Shown here: positions 7,860 to 11,187 of the stretch, in pieces
How the letters are laid out: the number at the start of each line of letters is the position of its first letter
Numbering within the stretch: position 1 is the stretch's first letter
Source of the DNA: Oligoflexales bacterium
Lineage (GTDB): Bacteria > Bdellovibrionota_B > Oligoflexia > Oligoflexales > Bog-1112
Direction of reading: 5' to 3'
Assembly (NCBI GenBank): GCA_045105515.1
Contig: JBGCDR010000018.1
Span: forward strand, 1 to 11,187
Length of the DNA stretch: 11,187 bases
Translations under genes and position numbers: made by a program
Notes under the pieces: model-generated
What the model saw: the letters and a program-made list of their open reading frames with translations, nothing else
What the model was told of the DNA's origin: nothing
The model's database searches: none

Positions 7860-8291
7860 ATGAAAAATTATATGAATATACTAGTTGCGGTGGAGCTCAT
7901 CCGCGAAATAGATGAGAACATCTTAGGCAAAACCTTAGATCTGTCTAAAAATTCTGATTCGAAGCTTCATTTGGTGCACGTTATTGAGCCTGTTTTAAAC
8001 TATGGAAGAATTCCATCAATGGCAATGGAATGTCCGCAAAAATATGAATCCTATGTCAGGAGAAAAATATCGGAATTGGGATCAAAATTTGCTGTACCAG
8101 AAAAAAATCAGTTTGTCGTGGTTGGTAGGATTGAAAACCAGATCTTTGGTTTGATAAAAATTATTGATGCTGACTTATTAGTGGTAGGTAATCATAGTAG
8201 GCACGGATTCCGAGCGCTATTTAAAAATAATCATACCTCAAGTCTGGTGAAGAACACTGGTTGTGATATGCTTGCTATACGAGTGGCTTAG
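7860..8291 (+). CDS. uspA: Universal stress protein (UspA family), copy 2
   Basis: ILVAVEL, LHLVHVIE, ADLLVVGNHSRHG, CDMLAI; 143 aa; colinear paralog of 3863-4297. Confidence 0.93.
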   Translation: MKNYMNILVAVELIREIDENILGKTLDLSKNSDSKLHLVHVIEPVLNYGRIPSMAMECPQKYESYVRRKISELGSKFAVPEKNQFVVVGRIENQIFGLIKIIDADLLVVGNHSRHGFRALFKNNHTSSLVKNTGCDMLAIRVA

Positions 8292-8350
8292 AAGAATTGT
8301 TCAAAAAAATTCTTAAAAAATATACGTATCTTTGCAAAGATGGAATTCTA

Positions 8351-8746
8351 TTAAAGGTTGCTGCAAGGTAGTTTGTTTTCAAGATACTCTAACTTAGCAA
8401 ATGCTTTCATCATTTCTGCATGAGATCTTGCTTTTCCCAGTAATACTAAATCTACTCCATTTACCCGGTCAAAGTCTTGGTGGACCATCGAGGAAATTAC
8501 GATTAAGCCTTTAACTCTCTTGATGATAAGCTTTATTTTTTGGAATAGATTTGTTTTTATTAAATCTTTTTTTCCAGGCCAATACCTGTCAAAAATGAAA
8601 ACAGCACCTTTAAATTTCTCAGGGTTCGTACTGATAGCCAAATAAAATTTAGCAGGATGGTCATAAGCTCCGGCTAAATGTTCTCCAAGCAAGTCGGACC
8701 ATTGACTAATTCTGATTGGATTGTCATGAATAATGTAATAGATCAT
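8351..8746 (-). CDS. Stand-alone, divergent response-regulator receiver (REC/CheY-like) domain protein
   Basis: Receiver landmarks occur in the right order and spacing: beta1 YYIIHDN, beta3 FIFD-RYWPG (putative phospho-Asp), beta4 IVISS, beta5 LVLLGK. 131 aa with no output domain. Confidence 0.65.
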   Translation of the reverse strand: MIYYIIHDNPIRISQWSDLLGEHLAGAYDHPAKFYLAISTNPEKFKGAVFIFDRYWPGKKDLIKTNLFQKIKLIIKRVKGLIVISSMVHQDFDRVNGVDLVLLGKARSHAEMMKAFAKLEYLENKLPCSNL

Positions 8747-9288
8747 TTGCTAACCCTCTTATCCAGGTTTTTTAACGAAGAAACCAAATGAAACAAAGAT
8801 TGTCTATCAACTTTATCTAGGTCACACAGATGGTTTAGACCGTCAATTTCATTTTCTGAAAGCTGGAGCAAATTTTTAGAGATACTGAGAAACTTGTCAA
8901 ATTTATCGCTTGTTATCAGTGCAAGCAGGTCAATCATGGCTTCATAGTCAAGAGTGGAAATATGTTGCATGATATCTCTAACAAAGAAATCTTCATCGCC
9001 AAGCTCGTTAGTATTTCCTTCAAGGGCATCGGCGAATCCAGCAAGGCTTAGCTCTCGTAAATCTGCAAGAGGTTTAAGTCCCATGAGGTAAATGACTGGG
9101 GTAGATATCTTTAATCTATGCTCCATCTTCTCAATTGTAGCCTTAGAGCAACCAAGCTTTTTTGCTAGGTCAGCTTGAGTCCAGTCTCTTTCTATCCTCA
9201 CCGACTTCAAATAAATGCGGAGCATTCTCTGTAGCTCATCAGCGACGTCAGGCTTATCGGTATGGGACACAAGCACCTTTTCTGGCAT
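8743..9288 (-). CDS. XRE-family helix-turn-helix transcriptional regulator with helical C-terminal domain
   Basis: LKSVRIERDWTQADLAKKLGCSKATIEKME is a canonical HTH_3/XRE signature. ATGA overlap (8743-8746) with the receiver gene. Confidence 0.9.
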   Translation of the reverse strand: MPEKVLVSHTDKPDVADELQRMLRIYLKSVRIERDWTQADLAKKLGCSKATIEKMEHRLKISTPVIYLMGLKPLADLRELSLAGFADALEGNTNELGDEDFFVRDIMQHISTLDYEAMIDLLALITSDKFDKFLSISKNLLQLSENEIDGLNHLCDLDKVDRQSLFHLVSSLKNLDKRVSK

Positions 9289-9346
9289 TTTATAACCCGT
9301 AACAAAAAAATGGTTGAAAGGAAGAGATAAAAGTTGTTAAGGATGG

Positions 9347-9372
9347 TTTATCCATAACAAAGGATGGATAAA
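9347..9372. promoter_or_regulatory. Palindromic operator candidate TTTATCCAT-N8-ATGGATAAA
   Basis: Perfect 9-bp inverted repeat (9347-9355, 9364-9372) about 60 nt upstream of the XRE start in a divergent intergenic region. Confidence 0.5.
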
Positions 9373-9577
9373 GCTTAGCAGCAACAGTAGTTAACATCAA
9401 GCTTTAGGTACTTGTCCGATTAAGGAATTTTCGGATGATCCGCAAGGGGGTTTTAAGCCCCCAAAAATTAAGGATAGATTAGATTATCAAGTAACTGATA
9501 ATTTTGAAGCTGGAGAATAAAGGTTAAACAGGGTTTTTAGAGGTGTGTCTTACAAAAATGACTTGAATTGGTGATGT

Positions 9578-9736
9578 ATGAAAGATGAAAAATTCGGCTC
9601 AAGTGAATTAAACTGGCTTAATCCTGGTAGAGAAAAGATCAAAAGATTTAGAGCAGGCCTTATGTATTTTTCATGTAACCAAGAAGAAGAAATGCACCTT
9701 TCTGACTTACTTCATTTCAAGTCGAGAGGAGCTTAA
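9578..9736 (+). CDS. Small hypothetical protein, 52 aa (MKDEKFGSSELNWLNPGREKIKRFRAGLMYFSCNQEEEMHLSDLLHFKSRGA)
   Basis: ATG 9578 is preceded by GGTGA. Stop TAA 9734-9736 lies 1 nt before the next ATG, and the last codons contain the next gene's RBS. Not in the ORF track. Confidence 0.5.
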   Translation: MKDEKFGSSELNWLNPGREKIKRFRAGLMYFSCNQEEEMHLSDLLHFKSRGA

Positions 9737-9737
9737 T

Positions 9738-10214
9738 ATGTCTTGTTTTGTCGTATCAAATGAAACAATTGATGCAGTTGTGATGTCGATTCTAGGGGGA
9801 AGCAGCTCTAACTTAGTGTTGGCTTTAAACCTGGGAGAAAATACACTGCCTAGAACAGAAATTGATCCTGAATATGATGAAATTTGGCCAGAACTTAGTG
9901 AGATAGAATCCCTTCAAGAGCTGGGGAGCCGACTCTTAAAACACAATGTTGAAGCATATGAATACTCGCATGAGCCAGATAAACTGAAATTTCTGCAGCC
10001 TCGTGATTATAAGTTCAATTTTCCAACAAATCCAAAACTCAAAAATATCGAATTGTTAGTGGCTTTGGAATGTTACATGTACCAAATTGTAGATCATGAG
10101 GAAGAGACACTCCATCCTATTTTTAAGCTTTTAAAGGAGGTGTCTGCGAATATGTATAGAGAATATGTTCGAGCTTTGCCAGAATGGGATCAGTGCAGAG
10201 AAATGTGGCGATAA
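9738..10214 (+). CDS. Hypothetical protein, possibly of phage/plasmid type
   Basis: Strong RBS GAGAGGAG at 9724-9731. 158-aa acidic protein with motifs MSCFVVS..TID, LG..L...N..A, and L.CY.YQ. Confidence 0.8.
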   Translation: MSCFVVSNETIDAVVMSILGGSSSNLVLALNLGENTLPRTEIDPEYDEIWPELSEIESLQELGSRLLKHNVEAYEYSHEPDKLKFLQPRDYKFNFPTNPKLKNIELLVALECYMYQIVDHEEETLHPIFKLLKEVSANMYREYVRALPEWDQCREMWR

Positions 10215-10271
10215 CGATAACTGCAACAAATGCCAAGAAAAGTCCCTTAAAGCTTGTTGAGCGCAATTCCG

Positions 10272-10688
10272 TCATGCACCATCAGGTAAGCTTTGTACCT
10301 TGTCTTCTTCCCAGAAATAGCGATTTTCATCTTTTTTATGCACTTCGGTGCACGCTTGAGGAATAAGCCGTAGCGTAGATAAGTTATGTTCCGAGTGCGT
10401 TGTTCTCAGGAACATTCGTATTAACTGTTTGAAATTTAACCTAATTTGCTCAAGGCATCCGACAAAATCTGAGCCCCTAAAAATAGAAATCACTTTTCCA
10501 CCTTTTTTCGTATTTGAAATTTTGACTTTTGCAAAAACTAGATCGGCTCCTTGATACATGGTGACTTTGAACTTAGCTGGGATTTTTTCATATTTTATAA
10601 TTTGTCTAGCAAATAAAGTTCGGGCGTAGCTTTCTATATTGGATTGTTTTGATTCAAAGCCCTTGTCAAATTTCATTTCAAGATTCAT
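10272..10688 (-). CDS. Hypothetical protein with predicted HPF/RaiA (ribosome hibernation factor)-like fold
   Basis: RBS GAGGAA 6 nt upstream of the ATG. The sequence pattern fits beta-alpha-beta-beta-beta-alpha: MNLEMKF / NIESYARTLFARQIIKY / FKVTMY / VFAKVKI / VISIFRG-SD / FVGCLEQIRLNFKQLIR. The CDS is well supported; the family call is tentative. Confidence 0.55.
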   Translation of the reverse strand: MNLEMKFDKGFESKQSNIESYARTLFARQIIKYEKIPAKFKVTMYQGADLVFAKVKISNTKKGGKVISIFRGSDFVGCLEQIRLNFKQLIRMFLRTTHSEHNLSTLRLIPQACTEVHKKDENRYFWEEDKVQSLPDGA

Positions 10689-10920
10689 TTTTAATTCCTC
10701 AATAGATAGTTTCTTTGCAGATAACAGGGTATTGTAGGTATCAGTTTAATAATGCATGTGACAAACCTAGTATTTTGCTACACAACCCTAATGTCTCTTA
10801 GTATATGCTTTTGTCGCAGTAGCAACACGTAAGGTTATTAACGATTAAAAACGTAATCTTTCGTATTTATGATCGGCCCTAAAGAGGATAGCTTCATAAT
10901 AGGGGGGGGCGATTTGTGAT

Positions 10921-11048
10921 ATGGGGAGCAATAATTCGTTTCCAAAGTATCTTTTGTTATCAGCTTGTTTTTTTCTTTTGATGTTCGCGAATTGGACCAT
11001 GAAATCCCTGAAGGATCCGGTATTTGCAGCCTTATGTGGCTTTGAGCT
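10921..11048 (+). pseudogene. 5' fragment of a membrane/secreted protein gene apparently interrupted by the IS
   Basis: ATG 10921 lies downstream of AGGGGGGGG. It encodes MGSNNSFPKYLLLSACFFLLMFANWTMKSLKDPVFAALCGFEL (hydrophobic N-terminus). The frame stays open to the IS end and stops at TGA 11068-11070 inside the IS. Confidence 0.5.
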
Positions 11049-11187
11049 TGCTCGGTCATGTCCAATTTGACCCACCCAGTCATGTAAAACTGACCCACCA
11101 CGGAGCCATAGGCGACGACCTTAAAAATCTCCTATCAGCTTAATATTGAATCAGCAACATTATTGAATGATTTACGATAAGAATCTC
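11049..11187 (-). mobile_element. Right end of an IS21-family insertion sequence (continues beyond the window)
   Basis: The end begins TG at 11049. Two tandem transposase-binding-type repeats follow: GTCATGTCCAATTTGACCCACC (11055-11076) and GTCATGTAAAACTGACCCACC (11079-11099), typical of IS21 ends. An IstB-like C-terminus points toward them. Confidence 0.85.
11135..11187 (-). CDS. istB: 3' end of IS21 helper ATPase IstB (partial)
   Basis: The minus strand reads (xGA) D S Y R K S F N N V A D S I L S stop (TGA 11137-11135). G[DE]SYR is the conserved IstB C-terminal motif and it sits directly inside the IS21-type end. Confidence 0.7.
   Translation of the reverse strand, partial: DSYRKSFNNVADSILS

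Noticed and set aside
1115..8291. Genome-wide TAG recoding (alternative genetic code), suggested by the in-frame TAG at 6555 and several TAG stops
   Set aside because: USP copy 2 ends in TAG exactly where copy 1 ends in TAA. The other long genes have no internal TAG, and reading through terminal TAGs adds only short tails.
9348..9372. DnaA-box-like TTATCCATA suggesting a replication origin
   Set aside because: Only mismatched copies, no cluster of consensus boxes, and no rep/dnaA context. An operator is the simpler reading.
9446..9467. GGGGG-TTTTAAG-CCCCC hairpin as an intrinsic terminator
   Set aside because: Short stem with no downstream U-tract on either strand, and it lies between divergent genes.
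10184..10366. 60-aa plus-strand ORF
   Set aside because: Overlaps the ends of both flanking convergent genes and has no features of its own.
11055..11099. Tandem repeats as a CRISPR array or iterons
   Set aside because: Only two adjacent units with no spacer. The sequence and the neighbouring IstB motif fit an IS21 end.
10838..11101. Minus-strand ORFs 10838-11101 and 10845-11075
   Set aside because: Both start inside the IS21 terminal repeats and cross the insertion junction, so they are probably chance frames.

Overview
AT-rich bacterial accessory-type region with no rRNA, tRNA or CRISPR. Left to right: a lipoprotein S1 (trypsin-fold) serine protease (-); a DHA1/TetA-like MFS exporter (+) with an in-frame G10 tract; a small ORF and a membrane-anchored hypothetical protein; and two paralogous universal stress proteins (USP). 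The USP genes bracket an atypical sensor histidine kinase, a periplasmic-binding-protein-like gene split by one in-frame TAG, and a secreted Ser-Pro-Arg-rich orphan. Next come a coupled XRE regulator plus stand-alone receiver-domain operon (-), divergent from a small ORF and a hypothetical protein, with a palindromic operator candidate in between. A divergent HPF/RaiA-like gene (-) follows. The window ends in the right end of an IS21-family element (terminal repeats plus istB 3' end), which appears to interrupt a gene starting at 10921. The most interesting hypothesis is a stress/dormancy signalling island: binding protein + atypical kinase + orphan receiver + XRE + 2 USP + HPF-like protein. 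All calls come from motif reading by eye; no database searches were run.
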